DNA from: Candidatus Micrarchaeota archaeon
GTDB taxonomy: Archaea; Micrarchaeota; Micrarchaeia; Anstonellales; Bilamarchaeaceae
Direction of reading: 5' to 3'
Length of the DNA: 40,511 bases
Assembly (NCBI GenBank): GCA_041694845.1
Contig: JBGFRY010000030.1
Span: forward strand, 1 to 40,511
Both the position numbers and the translations under genes were made by a program. The notes beneath the pieces were generated by a model. That model did not search any database and was not told where the DNA came from. It worked only from the letters and a program-made list of their open reading frames with translations. Every line of letters starts with the position of its first letter. Position 1 is the stretch's first letter. Positions 8,180 to 18,400 of the stretch are shown here, piece by piece.

Positions 8180-9427
8180 ATGCTGATACGCTTTGTAGCA
8201 ATCTTCTTTTTCGTTACTACGATGATGCTTTCAGTTTCTTTTGCTGTTGATGAGTTTAATATAGTCCAATCAGGCCTTTTTTGGATAGTTCTCCCTGCAA
8301 CTGCCATAACAGTTATCGTGATTATATCGCTAGCTTCTATGCTTAGTCATGCATTTAATATGCCACAGCTTGAAGCATGGGCAAAGATAGAGTTTAGAGA
8401 ATTTATAATTGGCGTAATTCTTTCTGTGATCGTATTATCAATATTCTTGACCCCAGATCTTATAAGCATTCTCACAGGAACACCAAATTTTGTTACTTCA
8501 TCTATAAATACATTAACTGTATTTCGGGATAATTATCTTCTTGTTGCTTATACATCAACTATATACGCATCTCATGAGCTTACTCTTTTAACAGGTTATA
8601 GATATATCTATCCAATTAGTTTTCTATACTTTTCTCACACCGATGTCACCGCACCATTCACAGGTGTTGGTACGCTTCTTTTATTAGTTTCACATGCAGC
8701 AGCAGGGCTTTCAACTGCCATAATGGTATATAACTCAACTATCGTTCTTTTAGAATTCTTTCTCGTAGCGTCAGTATTGCTCCTTCCATTTGCCCTCTCA
8801 TTACGTTTAATCCCATTTAGCCGCAGGCTTGGCACAACAATGATCGCACTTTGTGTTGGTGCATACATCTTTCTCCCATTTTCGGTTTTCCTTGTATCAC
8901 AATTTCATACCCAGATTAATTTAGTAGATCTTGATAAAATGATAGAACTTAGTTCAAGTGAGCTTAATGCTATCCATCTTACTATTCCAATTGGATTCGG
9001 CGATCTTTGCAAAAATGATGCATTTAAGTTATTTACATCATTGCCAGGCGAGATCTGGGGGATAATATCCGGGATTTCATATTGCATACCAAGCTGTGCT
9101 GGAACAGGTCCTGGCTATGCAGCATGTTACACTGCGTGTTTTGCCAGTGTTTGGAGTTATACAGTCTATCATGCCTACCCATTTGCAAATGACATTGTGC
9201 AATTAACATATGGCACGTCTTTTTATTTAGCGAACAAGTTAAGTGGTATAGATGCAGGTATAGTATACAATATTATACATGAATTTCTTAAAGGTGTAAA
9301 TAGTATAGTTCTGTTAAGTTACATTAACGTTCTTGTAATAGGGATCATAACATATGTTGGAATAAGAAGTGTATCAACTGCATTAGGTGGCGAATATATG
9401 CTACCAGCAATTCAGAAGTTGATTTGA
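8180..9427 (+). CDS. Paralog 1 of 6: polytopic membrane protein, uncharacterised family
   Basis: Signal-like N-terminus MLIRFVAIFFFVTTMMLSVSFA. Family motifs AFNMPQLEAWAKIEF, LPFALSLRLIPFSRRLGTTMIA and C-terminal IRSVSTALGGEYMLPAIQKLI. Cys-rich loop YCIPSCAGTGPGYAACYTAC. Start moved to ATG 8180 because the ORF from 8063 overlaps padR. Confidence 0.8.
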   Translation: MLIRFVAIFFFVTTMMLSVSFAVDEFNIVQSGLFWIVLPATAITVIVIISLASMLSHAFNMPQLEAWAKIEFREFIIGVILSVIVLSIFLTPDLISILTGTPNFVTSSINTLTVFRDNYLLVAYTSTIYASHELTLLTGYRYIYPISFLYFSHTDVTAPFTGVGTLLLLVSHAAAGLSTAIMVYNSTIVLLEFFLVASVLLLPFALSLRLIPFSRRLGTTMIALCVGAYIFLPFSVFLVSQFHTQINLVDLDKMIELSSSELNAIHLTIPIGFGDLCKNDAFKLFTSLPGEIWGIISGISYCIPSCAGTGPGYAACYTACFASVWSYTVYHAYPFANDIVQLTYGTSFYLANKLSGIDAGIVYNIIHEFLKGVNSIVLLSYINVLVIGIITYVGIRSVSTALGGEYMLPAIQKLI

Positions 9428-10419
9428 TGAAAAGTAAACTGCAATATTTCTTCATTTTACTTTTGCTGATATCACTTTCATTTGCAGAACAGCTTAGCTG
9501 CAGCAGTAATGCTACGCATTATATTTTGAATTTCGAGGATAATCGCCTCCTGCTTCCAGGCATTCTAGCATTTACTGTATTTATGATCATACTTGCATAC
9601 ATGATAGGAAAAACTACGAATAATCCGCAGTTCCAGATTTTTTATAAGGATGAGATGTTCCATCTTTTCTTTTCACTTGCTATATTAGTTGTTTTTTCAG
9701 GAATCTTATTTTTCTCATGTGAAGCTATGCGATTATTCTTTGATTTCTATGTTCAAAAAGCCGGAATTATATCACCTCATTATACCTCTGGTAAATCCCT
9801 TCTTGACATCGCTTATGATATGATTTTTTATATGAGTTCTGACGCATCTTATTTTTCAGGACACCTAATCAAAAAAACAATAGATGCAACAATGTCGTCT
9901 ACGTGGGGTTATTCGTTATATTTTCCATTTTATGGCGGACTTACAATTGCTACAAATGCCTACAAAAGAACCCATGCTTTGCAATATGATAGCCTAAACA
10001 CATTTTTTATCTTGCCAGCTCTTATTAGCATTAACGTACAAAAATTACTCCTTAAATTTGTCATTGATTATGGTGAAGTTTATCTCCTACCACTTGGCTT
10101 TTTCTTAAGGTTATTTCCAAGTATGCGCCAGATGGGGAATATTGTCATCGCATTTGCACTTGGTCTTTTTACAATTCTCCCTTTCATGTATGTTTTAAAT
10201 GGGTTGATGTATGATGTTGTTACGCCACCACCACCACAAGGATGTGATCAATCAATGAAAAATATAATAGACGATCATGTAGTTGGTGATTGTGGTAAGA
10301 ATAGCTTTTACACTGCTGCAAGATTACTCCCCCAGGCATTTTTCCTTCCTAACTTAACACTTGCCATATTTATAACCTATCTCGCTGCAATAAATAAGGC
10401 ATTAAGGGTGTTGGGATGA
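9427..10419 (+). CDS. Paralog 2 of 6: polytopic membrane protein, uncharacterised family
   Basis: Signal-like MKSKLQYFFILLLLISLSFA. Motifs NNPQFQIFYKDEMF and LPLGFFLRLFPSMRQMGNIVIA. PPPP-Q-G-C...C loop. The C-terminal tail is shorter than in the others. The ATG overlaps the P1 stop (TGATG). Confidence 0.8.
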   Translation: MKSKLQYFFILLLLISLSFAEQLSCSSNATHYILNFEDNRLLLPGILAFTVFMIILAYMIGKTTNNPQFQIFYKDEMFHLFFSLAILVVFSGILFFSCEAMRLFFDFYVQKAGIISPHYTSGKSLLDIAYDMIFYMSSDASYFSGHLIKKTIDATMSSTWGYSLYFPFYGGLTIATNAYKRTHALQYDSLNTFFILPALISINVQKLLLKFVIDYGEVYLLPLGFFLRLFPSMRQMGNIVIAFALGLFTILPFMYVLNGLMYDVVTPPPPQGCDQSMKNIIDDHVVGDCGKNSFYTAARLLPQAFFLPNLTLAIFITYLAAINKALRVLG

Positions 10420-12350
10420 AAAGTTTTAAATTTTCAGTTTTCAGTTTTGTTCTAATCATTTTCGTGCTACTAGCTTTACTTTCACTCTCATACACGCAAG
10501 ATGTAACAGAAATATTGCAAAAAACAGAGCAGACATCAGCATTCGAACTTGTTAAAGACTGGCGCGTTCTTTCACTTTTGGCTGTAATGTTTTCTGTGAT
10601 AGTTGTAGCCATTGTTTACATGGTCGGTGTTGGATTTGATATGCCTGATCTAAAAGGTTTTGCAGCTGTTGAATTAAACCAAACAATCGTTACCGCAATC
10701 ATTGTTGCAGTACTTTTGTCAACTATAACTTTTCTTGATTTAATTACTGCAATGTTTGTGAATGAGAGTGATATACTAGATCCTAATAATCCAGACACTA
10801 TTCTAAATTGCGGACCAACTGATTTTTGTGCGAAAAAAATATCCCAGGCATATTTCAAAGACCTGTTAGATACTATAAATAATGCAGCCCGTGGAAATCT
10901 TATCTCTGCATTTAATTATGCAGAAGAGGCTGCAAGCAGAACTGGCTGGTCGTGCAACACATTTATTCTACCGATCCCATGTCTCTGGGGGTCTTTTTCC
11001 TATGCAGATGGTGCGCATCTTATCCTTCAAACAGAGCGGTTGAATATTGTATTAGAAACATATGCAACTATTCTTTCTTCTATCTATGCTCAACAATTTT
11101 TCATTGAGAAAATTTCATTTACTATTGCACCTGCACTTCTTTTGATTGGTATAGTTGCTAGGACACTCTTTTTTACACGAAAGCTTGGCGGCCTTTTAAT
11201 GGCAATAGGAATAGGAGTAATGTTTGTTTTTCCGACTATGTACGTGTTTAATTGGTTTACTATGAACGTAATGCTTTTTGGCGATGCTGTAGTCGGCGTA
11301 TATGGTGCAGTTTCCTGTCCAGAGGAATGCAAAACTGCACCTCTTGCATTTGAGAGTTCTTCGCCAATTACACCACCTAAAATGCAATTCACTCAGTATT
11401 TTTCAGTTAATGAATTATCTAAACGTCTCGAGGAATCAGGAGCAGCTCAAACAAATGACAAAGCAGCTACCTTGGCATATAACTTATCCACAGGCAAAAT
11501 CGAATCTGTCACCATAAGTGGTAATATAAAAATTTATTCATGCGAGTGGATGGCAAATCATACTGCGTTTGCGCAATATGGAGGATACTGTCCACAAGAG
11601 TGTAGAATTATTCCATATCCTGCTCTTCCAAAATGCCTTAATTATACTACGCAATTTGCCTGTGCAGCGTTGGATGGTAGTTGCAAATATATTCCATACG
11701 TAGATCTTATAGCACATCCTGATAATTATAATACACCAAAAAAATGCCCAAAAAAATGCCGTACTATTCCTCCACTTTCAACAAATTGCGATTATATAGA
11801 ATCATATAAAACTCTGAAAAAGAAAGAGTATAACTGTATCTACTCTCCAATTGAATGTCGTGTTGCATTAAAAGATAATCAAAACTGGAGACTAGAAGAC
11901 TGCCTTTCTACTGATAAATATAAAGTCATGATGCCAAATGGAACTCAAGTAGAGACATTCACAAAGGCAACATTAAAGTCATGTGTTGCTGTTAAAGATG
12001 ATCCTTATTCTTCATGCGCATATCAGATAGCAGATGAGGAGACATTAGAGAAAGAATGTGATGGTTGCGTTTTTGTTCCTGTTCAGTACACATTTGACCC
12101 ACCAATATATCTAAACTGTTTGGACGGATGCTCTCAACAGGATACGCCATTGATTTCTCCTGCTGATGTTACAAAGCAATCAAACAAAGGAATGGTTGGT
12201 AGAGATGACATAAAGAATGTAGCATCAGTCCTATTACCTAGTTTTCTTCTTCCACTTCTTAATATTCTTGTTACTGTTATGTTCATAAAAACATTTTCTC
12301 CACTTTTTGGAGGCGATATTGAAATTCCTGGTCTGCAAAAGGTGTTATGA
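10416..12350 (+). CDS. Paralog 3 of 6: polytopic membrane protein with roughly 300-aa Cys-rich insert
   Basis: Motifs GFDMPDLKGFAAVEL, IGIVARTLFFTRKLGGLLMA and C-terminal IKTFSPLFGGDIEIPGLQKVL. The loop between the last two TM segments is expanded (about nt 11304-12224) and holds about 20 of the protein's roughly 24 Cys (hand count). ATGA overlap with the P2 stop. Confidence 0.85.
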   Translation: MKSFKFSVFSFVLIIFVLLALLSLSYTQDVTEILQKTEQTSAFELVKDWRVLSLLAVMFSVIVVAIVYMVGVGFDMPDLKGFAAVELNQTIVTAIIVAVLLSTITFLDLITAMFVNESDILDPNNPDTILNCGPTDFCAKKISQAYFKDLLDTINNAARGNLISAFNYAEEAASRTGWSCNTFILPIPCLWGSFSYADGAHLILQTERLNIVLETYATILSSIYAQQFFIEKISFTIAPALLLIGIVARTLFFTRKLGGLLMAIGIGVMFVFPTMYVFNWFTMNVMLFGDAVVGVYGAVSCPEECKTAPLAFESSSPITPPKMQFTQYFSVNELSKRLEESGAAQTNDKAATLAYNLSTGKIESVTISGNIKIYSCEWMANHTAFAQYGGYCPQECRIIPYPALPKCLNYTTQFACAALDGSCKYIPYVDLIAHPDNYNTPKKCPKKCRTIPPLSTNCDYIESYKTLKKKEYNCIYSPIECRVALKDNQNWRLEDCLSTDKYKVMMPNGTQVETFTKATLKSCVAVKDDPYSSCAYQIADEETLEKECDGCVFVPVQYTFDPPIYLNCLDGCSQQDTPLISPADVTKQSNKGMVGRDDIKNVASVLLPSFLLPLLNILVTVMFIKTFSPLFGGDIEIPGLQKVL

Positions 12351-12353
12351 TTT

Positions 12354-13376
12354 ATGATAAAACTCCGAACGCTGATAGTTGCAATATTGATTTCTTTCCT
12401 GTTTCTCACTAATATAATATTTGCAGGTTGGTTAGAGCTTACTGCACAGGCGCTATTACTCTCTTTTATGATTCTTGCTTTAATGTATATGATCGCTATT
12501 GGCTTTACAATAAACGAGCTCAAATTTCTTGCCCAAGAGGAGTTTTGGCAACTCATAGTTACAGTTGTTATGGTCGCATTGCTTTACAGTACACACACGT
12601 TCTTTGATTCTTTATTTGCTTCACCAGAATTTGGAGCAAATGGTGGTGTGCAAAAAGCATCCATTAAGATCTCGCAAGATATAATATCAAAATTAGATTT
12701 GATATTCGAGAATGTAAAAGATCAAGCTGATGATGCTGGCAGAGAATCTTCAATAAGTGTTTTCTGTTCATTTATGGGTACATCTGTTTACGTTGCAGCA
12801 TGTGGGTCATATCGAGCAATAACCCCAATTTACTCTACTTCCTATCAAGTTCTCTCAATCGCATTAATGGAAGAAAAATCGCTAGAGATACTTCTTACTA
12901 TCGGTTCAAAATACGCATTTACAATATTTCTCCCATTAGGTATATTTTTGCGTACTTTCAAATTTACTAGAGGAGCTGGCGGATTTTTGATAGCACTTAG
13001 CATTGCATTTTATTTTGTCCTTCCTCTTACTGTATTTATTTTTGATGAATTAGCAAAAACAGCAAAGAGTAATATAGAAAATGTACCTCCTGGTTCAATC
13101 ATTAAGCCAATTAATCTAGAGGTTCAAAATCTTAATAAGATTAATGAATGCGATATGTACAACCCTGATCGTGCTGATGAGAATAGCAATGTCGATTCTG
13201 TTGTCAGTGCATTAAATGATATGAACAGTAAATCTATGGGATATCTATATGTTATGCTTGTAAATGCTAGTTTGGGAGTTATAATCCCGATAGGCGCTAT
13301 GATTGCTTCGATAAGAGCATTTTCTGCTCTTGCTGGTGCAGAGGTGGATGTAAGCGCACTTTCTAGAATTGCGTAA
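12354..13376 (+). CDS. Paralog 4 of 6: polytopic membrane protein, uncharacterised family
   Basis: Motifs GFTINELKFLAQEEF, LPLGIFLRTFKFTRGAGGFLIA and C-terminal IRAFSALAGAEVDVSALSRIA. Starts 3 nt after the P3 stop. Confidence 0.85.
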   Translation: MIKLRTLIVAILISFLFLTNIIFAGWLELTAQALLLSFMILALMYMIAIGFTINELKFLAQEEFWQLIVTVVMVALLYSTHTFFDSLFASPEFGANGGVQKASIKISQDIISKLDLIFENVKDQADDAGRESSISVFCSFMGTSVYVAACGSYRAITPIYSTSYQVLSIALMEEKSLEILLTIGSKYAFTIFLPLGIFLRTFKFTRGAGGFLIALSIAFYFVLPLTVFIFDELAKTAKSNIENVPPGSIIKPINLEVQNLNKINECDMYNPDRADENSNVDSVVSALNDMNSKSMGYLYVMLVNASLGVIIPIGAMIASIRAFSALAGAEVDVSALSRIA

Positions 13377-13390
13377 TTGGTTGGTTAAAT

Positions 13391-14407
13391 ATGGTCGCAG
13401 GGCAATTGTTATGTGATGGTGACGGTGCTCTTGGATTTTCGCAAATAATTACTGATAGTATCATTCCGCTTACTGCATTTGCAGGAGTTATCACTTCTAT
13501 CATTGTAGCGCTCTCTTATATGTTTGGAGAAATGATCCAAAACCAAAAAATTATCGTATGGGCAAAAACAGAATTCTTTCAAATATTCATTTCACTTGCA
13601 TCAGCTTTGTTGATTGTTGGTCTTATAAACTCTTTTTGCACATTCAATTTTTCAGATATAGTTGCACTTACGCAGGATAAAACAATAATATCACCTACAT
13701 TAGCTCACCAGAATATTTATGATGCTGCAAAAACCTATTTGGAGGATGTAGCTAAATACTCACATGATGTATTAAGAGGACAAAGGGCGATGCTCGCAAG
13801 ATTCAACATGCTAGAAGGAAGAGCACGCTGGTATTGTCTTAGCTATACTTTTTGTCTCTTTAATCCATCAGGCTACCATACCGCACCTTATGCTGGTGTT
13901 GCACTTGCTTCTGCTGCATTCACTGTTTCTTTCAATACTTCCCTGTTTTCTTACCTCTCTTCTCTAAATTATTTGTTTATATTAAATTATACATACAGTG
14001 GGATAGCACTACTATTCATTCCATTTGGGATTTTCCTTCGTTCAATGCCATATATGCGCTCTTTTGGGGGTTTAATCTTAGCTGTTGTATTTTCATTTTT
14101 ATTTATCTACCCAAGTCTATTGGCAATATTTAATATTATAGGAAGCGTTATAACACAATCAAGTTGTCCTACTGATGAAGGAATTATAGAAGCATTAGGT
14201 AAGAATGTTATGCAGGAAGAAGGAAACAATGAAGAATCTACAGTTCCTTGCAATTATGCAAATACAATAATGGACAGTAGCGGCGCATTTATTTTCGCAG
14301 TGTTTCTTCCAACAATTGCATTAGTTGCCACTATCGCTAGCATTCGTTATGTAGCTCGTTTACTAGGTGAAGATATCGATCTTAGTAGGGTAGTTCAAAT
14401 GATGTGA
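13391..14407 (+). CDS. Paralog 5 of 6: polytopic membrane protein, uncharacterised family
   Basis: Motifs MIQNQKIIVWAKTEF, IPFGIFLRSMPYMRSFGGLILA and C-terminal IRYVARLLGEDIDLSRVVQMM. Confidence 0.85.
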   Translation: MVAGQLLCDGDGALGFSQIITDSIIPLTAFAGVITSIIVALSYMFGEMIQNQKIIVWAKTEFFQIFISLASALLIVGLINSFCTFNFSDIVALTQDKTIISPTLAHQNIYDAAKTYLEDVAKYSHDVLRGQRAMLARFNMLEGRARWYCLSYTFCLFNPSGYHTAPYAGVALASAAFTVSFNTSLFSYLSSLNYLFILNYTYSGIALLFIPFGIFLRSMPYMRSFGGLILAVVFSFLFIYPSLLAIFNIIGSVITQSSCPTDEGIIEALGKNVMQEEGNNEESTVPCNYANTIMDSSGAFIFAVFLPTIALVATIASIRYVARLLGEDIDLSRVVQMM

Positions 14408-14413
14408 TATGAT

Positions 14414-15442
14414 GTGGTTGTCATGAGTGAAATATCAATTTTCCTTGAAGATCTTCAAAATAAAGGGCTTTGGTTCAGCCTTCCACTCATAGCCACGTTT
14501 ATCGTCATCCTCATAAGAGGATTGCTTGTTGGAATTGGCCATGCATTTAATATGCAAGAACTCGAAAGAAATTCAAAAGCTGAAATCATTCAGGCTATTG
14601 CAACATTTTTGATTCTTGTATTTATTGTTGAAATAATTCTTGGAGTAGAATCATATATCATAAAAGATGTGCTTGGTGCGGCTAGCTATATAAAATGTGG
14701 TGCAAATCAAATTCCAGTTGTTGATCCAAATACTGAAAATACTCTTAATCTCATGGAAGTCATAAAATGCCGCGTTAATGAAAAGGCATATATGCTTGCA
14801 GACATGCAGGAAAAAGTATATTCAAATGCATACTGGCCTTTTTGGAAACTTTCTATTGTAGTTTCTGTTGCTGGAGTACCAGCATTCCAGGGAAGTTGGA
14901 TTGATACGTGGTTTAGCGAAGCAGAGCAGATGCGTTTACTTAATATAGTAATTACTACTTTGTTAATTGGTCTTAATGGAATACTAGTTTTCATAAATTA
15001 TGTCAAGAGTAACATGCTGCCAGTGTTCTTGCCAGTTGGCATTGTTTTGCGTGCCTTTAATTTTACAAGAGGAGTTGGCGCATTTTTCATTTCTATTGCT
15101 TTAGGGCTTTATCTAATCTTTCCATTAATTTTCGTTCTAACTGACCCAGGATTCGTTAAGGTCAGTAGCTATGAGGTGTTTCCGCAGCAGATAAAACCAA
15201 CTAGCTGTTACCCAGTTTTTTCAGGAGTTGTATCTGCAGTAACAGCTGCTCAACAGGATTCTGCAGTAGGCTCAGCATCAATCATTCAAAAAACAGTTAG
15301 CGATCTTCAAAGTATTTACATGTTATTACTTCTGCATCCGTTTGTTGTTCTTGCAATTACTTTAATATTTGTGAGATATCTGATGTACTTATTTGGTGGC
15401 GAGCCACAGGATATCATGCGTTATGTTGCGAGGGTGATTTGA
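14414..15442 (+). CDS. Paralog 6 of 6: polytopic membrane protein, uncharacterised family
   Basis: Motifs AFNMQELERNSKAEI, LPVGIVLRAFNFTRGVGAFFIS and C-terminal VRYLMYLFGGEPQDIMRYVARVI. GTG start at 14414, or in-frame ATG at 14423. Confidence 0.85.
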   Translation: MVVMSEISIFLEDLQNKGLWFSLPLIATFIVILIRGLLVGIGHAFNMQELERNSKAEIIQAIATFLILVFIVEIILGVESYIIKDVLGAASYIKCGANQIPVVDPNTENTLNLMEVIKCRVNEKAYMLADMQEKVYSNAYWPFWKLSIVVSVAGVPAFQGSWIDTWFSEAEQMRLLNIVITTLLIGLNGILVFINYVKSNMLPVFLPVGIVLRAFNFTRGVGAFFISIALGLYLIFPLIFVLTDPGFVKVSSYEVFPQQIKPTSCYPVFSGVVSAVTAAQQDSAVGSASIIQKTVSDLQSIYMLLLLHPFVVLAITLIFVRYLMYLFGGEPQDIMRYVARVI

Positions 15443-18400
15443 TGATAAGAAGGAATAAAAATAAACACTATCTATTAACATTTGTTTTTATTGCCATTAT
15501 GATTATTGTCTTTATTAGTATTTTTGCCACTGCAGGTTGCACTATTAAGAAAAATACAAGTTTTGGTTGCTGTGATAAAAAATACGCAGCTCAGAACGGA
15601 GAATGCAAATATATTGACAGTAATATGGATCAATACAAAAAGGATCTTGGTCTTGAATCAGGAGAGGTTATTCAAACCAATAACTGTGATATTAAAAAAG
15701 GCTATTGCAATGTTTCAATTAACAAGATTACTCAAGCTAGTCCAGATTCTATAGAAATTCCAATCTGTTCTCAACCAGAGATTACTGATTGCATTCAGTC
15801 AAATTGCAATGCAATGGTTTGTGGTCCATTTAAGTTTACTCCTTCACTTCCGTCATCAGGATTTATAGCTATTGAATCAGGTTCAAAAGGTTATTCTCCA
15901 GAGATGCTAACAGGTCTAATGGGTTCAACATGTAAATTCGTTCCAATAGATGAAAATTTAAAAAATGTTTTTAAGAATACCCGCAACTCGTTCGTGAATA
16001 CATTTAGGGTTGGTTTCGGCCCTAGTTTTGAAAGCTACCAGCGTGGAAGTCTTATCTATCCTCATACAGATAAATTTTGTGGTATTAACCCAGTAGGTAC
16101 AATGGACAGATTTGAAAATTATCTCATCACTCTTGATAGTGCATCTGTTCTTAATGGAAAGAGCATTGATTATGCAGAACAGCATGGCTTGAAGATTTTT
16201 AATCCTGTTAAATATTTCAATGATCCTGGGATTTGCATTAATGATACTCTTATTGAGCCCTTCAACACAACTAATTACGGATATTCTGTTAGTGGTGTGC
16301 AACCTGCTTATACGAATTTTATGAATTCCTATAAATTTACTTATTACAACAAACAAGTTGGTATTCTTAAAGAAGGTGGTTTTGTTTCATTAGATAGTTT
16401 GAGCCCTATTAATCTCTATACTTACTCTCAGATTGACAGGGCGTTCTATGCAAAGGCTCTTCCTTTCATCTATCGAGGCGATTATGATATCGGAAATGTG
16501 AAAATGCCATTTGAATGTAACTTAGAAGCAACAGAGTGTAAATCAGGAACATGTGCAACAAAGGATTATTCAAGAGAAGTATGTATTGATAAGGATACAG
16601 GAGAGGCAGTATTCTGCGATTGTATCACATGGTCTGACAACAAAGGTGATGGATTATTGGGCGCTGGTAATGCTGTTCTTTGCATGCCAAGATGGTGGTA
16701 TGGAGACTTTTTGATGAGCGATCTAACACCATTAGATGAGGAGTCCTCTATAAATTATGAAAAAATCATGGATACCTCTTATATGGCATATCCGCTAACA
16801 ATATCTACAAATATAGAAACTAGGTTAGCAGAATCTCATATGAACGAACTAATATTTAGAAATATAGAAACTAAGTCAGTAGGATATAATATGGACGAAC
16901 TTGTTCTAAATAGAGATAATTGGAACGTTGGCGGCTTGGATTCACTATTTCCTGCTGCAATAGTTTTCTTTGGCTCAATGGAAGGTGATGACTACAAAAA
17001 CGTTCGTGAAAACCACCAAGAAGAAATAGGTTTTAGCCTTCTTCTAAAAGATCAATTTGAGAATACTGCACTAGTTAAAAATTGTCAGATGAAAGAAGGG
17101 ATAGATTATATTGTTTATAATTTTACATCGTATGATCAGGCGGATTCTTTTGGGCATGTGCCGTATGGTTACTATAATTATGAAGATATTTATTATGAAG
17201 ATAATTATTATAAAGAGGATTATAGATATTCGCCAAATTATATAAGCATACTCTCAACAGGGAGATGCAAACTTGAAAAAGGCTCGCATGAAGAGATGCC
17301 AAAACTTAGGAGATATGGATGGTGTGAGCCATGCAGTTATGCAACTATAGCACTTCAAGTTGTTAAAACAACAACACCGAGTTATTTGCCAGGAGCTATA
17401 ATACCTCTTCTTCCACCATCTGTTTCTAGTTCAAAAACACAGGCATCTGCTGATGCATACCAAGGCCTTGATGGCTGGTGCGATCCTTCCTCTTATTGTA
17501 AATCGTTATGTAGTATAGGATGCAAGAAATGGGATTATGGTTCTTGCGATGAATATTACGACCAATCACTCACTGACCCAATAATATTTGGAAGTTCTGG
17601 AACTTTATGGCATCCTGCGACAGGAATAAAATGTGGTGATGCATATCCATGGCCAACAACAAATCCAGAGATAACATATCTGCAAACACAGCTTACTGAT
17701 CTACTCTCTCGCGGAGTTCTGCCTGTGCTTGATCTTTCTGATGATGAAATATGGAAAGCAGTTCAAGTAAAAAACATCTTCGGGAGTAAAATAGGTGAAT
17801 ATAGTGATTATAACATCAAATATCTATTAGGATTAAATAAAGGACCAATCATTGTTGTTATTAAATCATTCGATAGCCAAATTTCTGATCATTCATCTAT
17901 TGATGCACTTATTAAATATAGAAGCGAGCAGGTTAAATATTACTGCTCAAAATGCCTTGTTGCTGTTCATGTTTCTAATGCAAATACAGAAAACGATCTT
18001 AAAACTCTTGAATCGCTTTTTAAACTTATACCTAACCATAGTAGTTGCTATGATTTTAAAGATATTCCTGTATTCTGCAACAAAGATTTAGTTAATGCAA
18101 TTGATATAATTACGTTCAATGTTAATCTAAAAGATTACAGCGATAACACCATATGCACTGCAACAGATGTTCCTTATTACTCTTACATGCCAATAGTTAC
18201 TAACATTACGCAATTTGGAAGAGATGTTTTATATCTCTTCCAAAAACCAACTCTTATTCAACACTTCAATGCAACAGGTTTCTGCGGTAATGATGAAAAA
18301 AAGACGCAATCAGCGCTTTCTTATATGTTTACCAACCAGCTTCATTTTGCAAAAGCAGGTATAACTGGTATGATTATAACAAATCCGGATTACAAAACAT

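Noticed and set aside
10370-12556. Minus-strand ORFs of 63-140 aa, and a 71-aa alternative-frame plus-strand ORF at 11302-11517, inside paralogs 2-4
   Set aside because: They overlap the plus-strand genes that carry the conserved family motifs. They have no start context or recognisable features.
15506-18091. Alternative-frame or antisense ORFs inside the giant lipoprotein gene (15506-15754, 15958-16356, 17852-18091)
   Set aside because: They are fully embedded in a 3.6-kb uninterrupted ORF. A window that long staying open in AT-rich DNA is itself strong coding evidence for the main frame.
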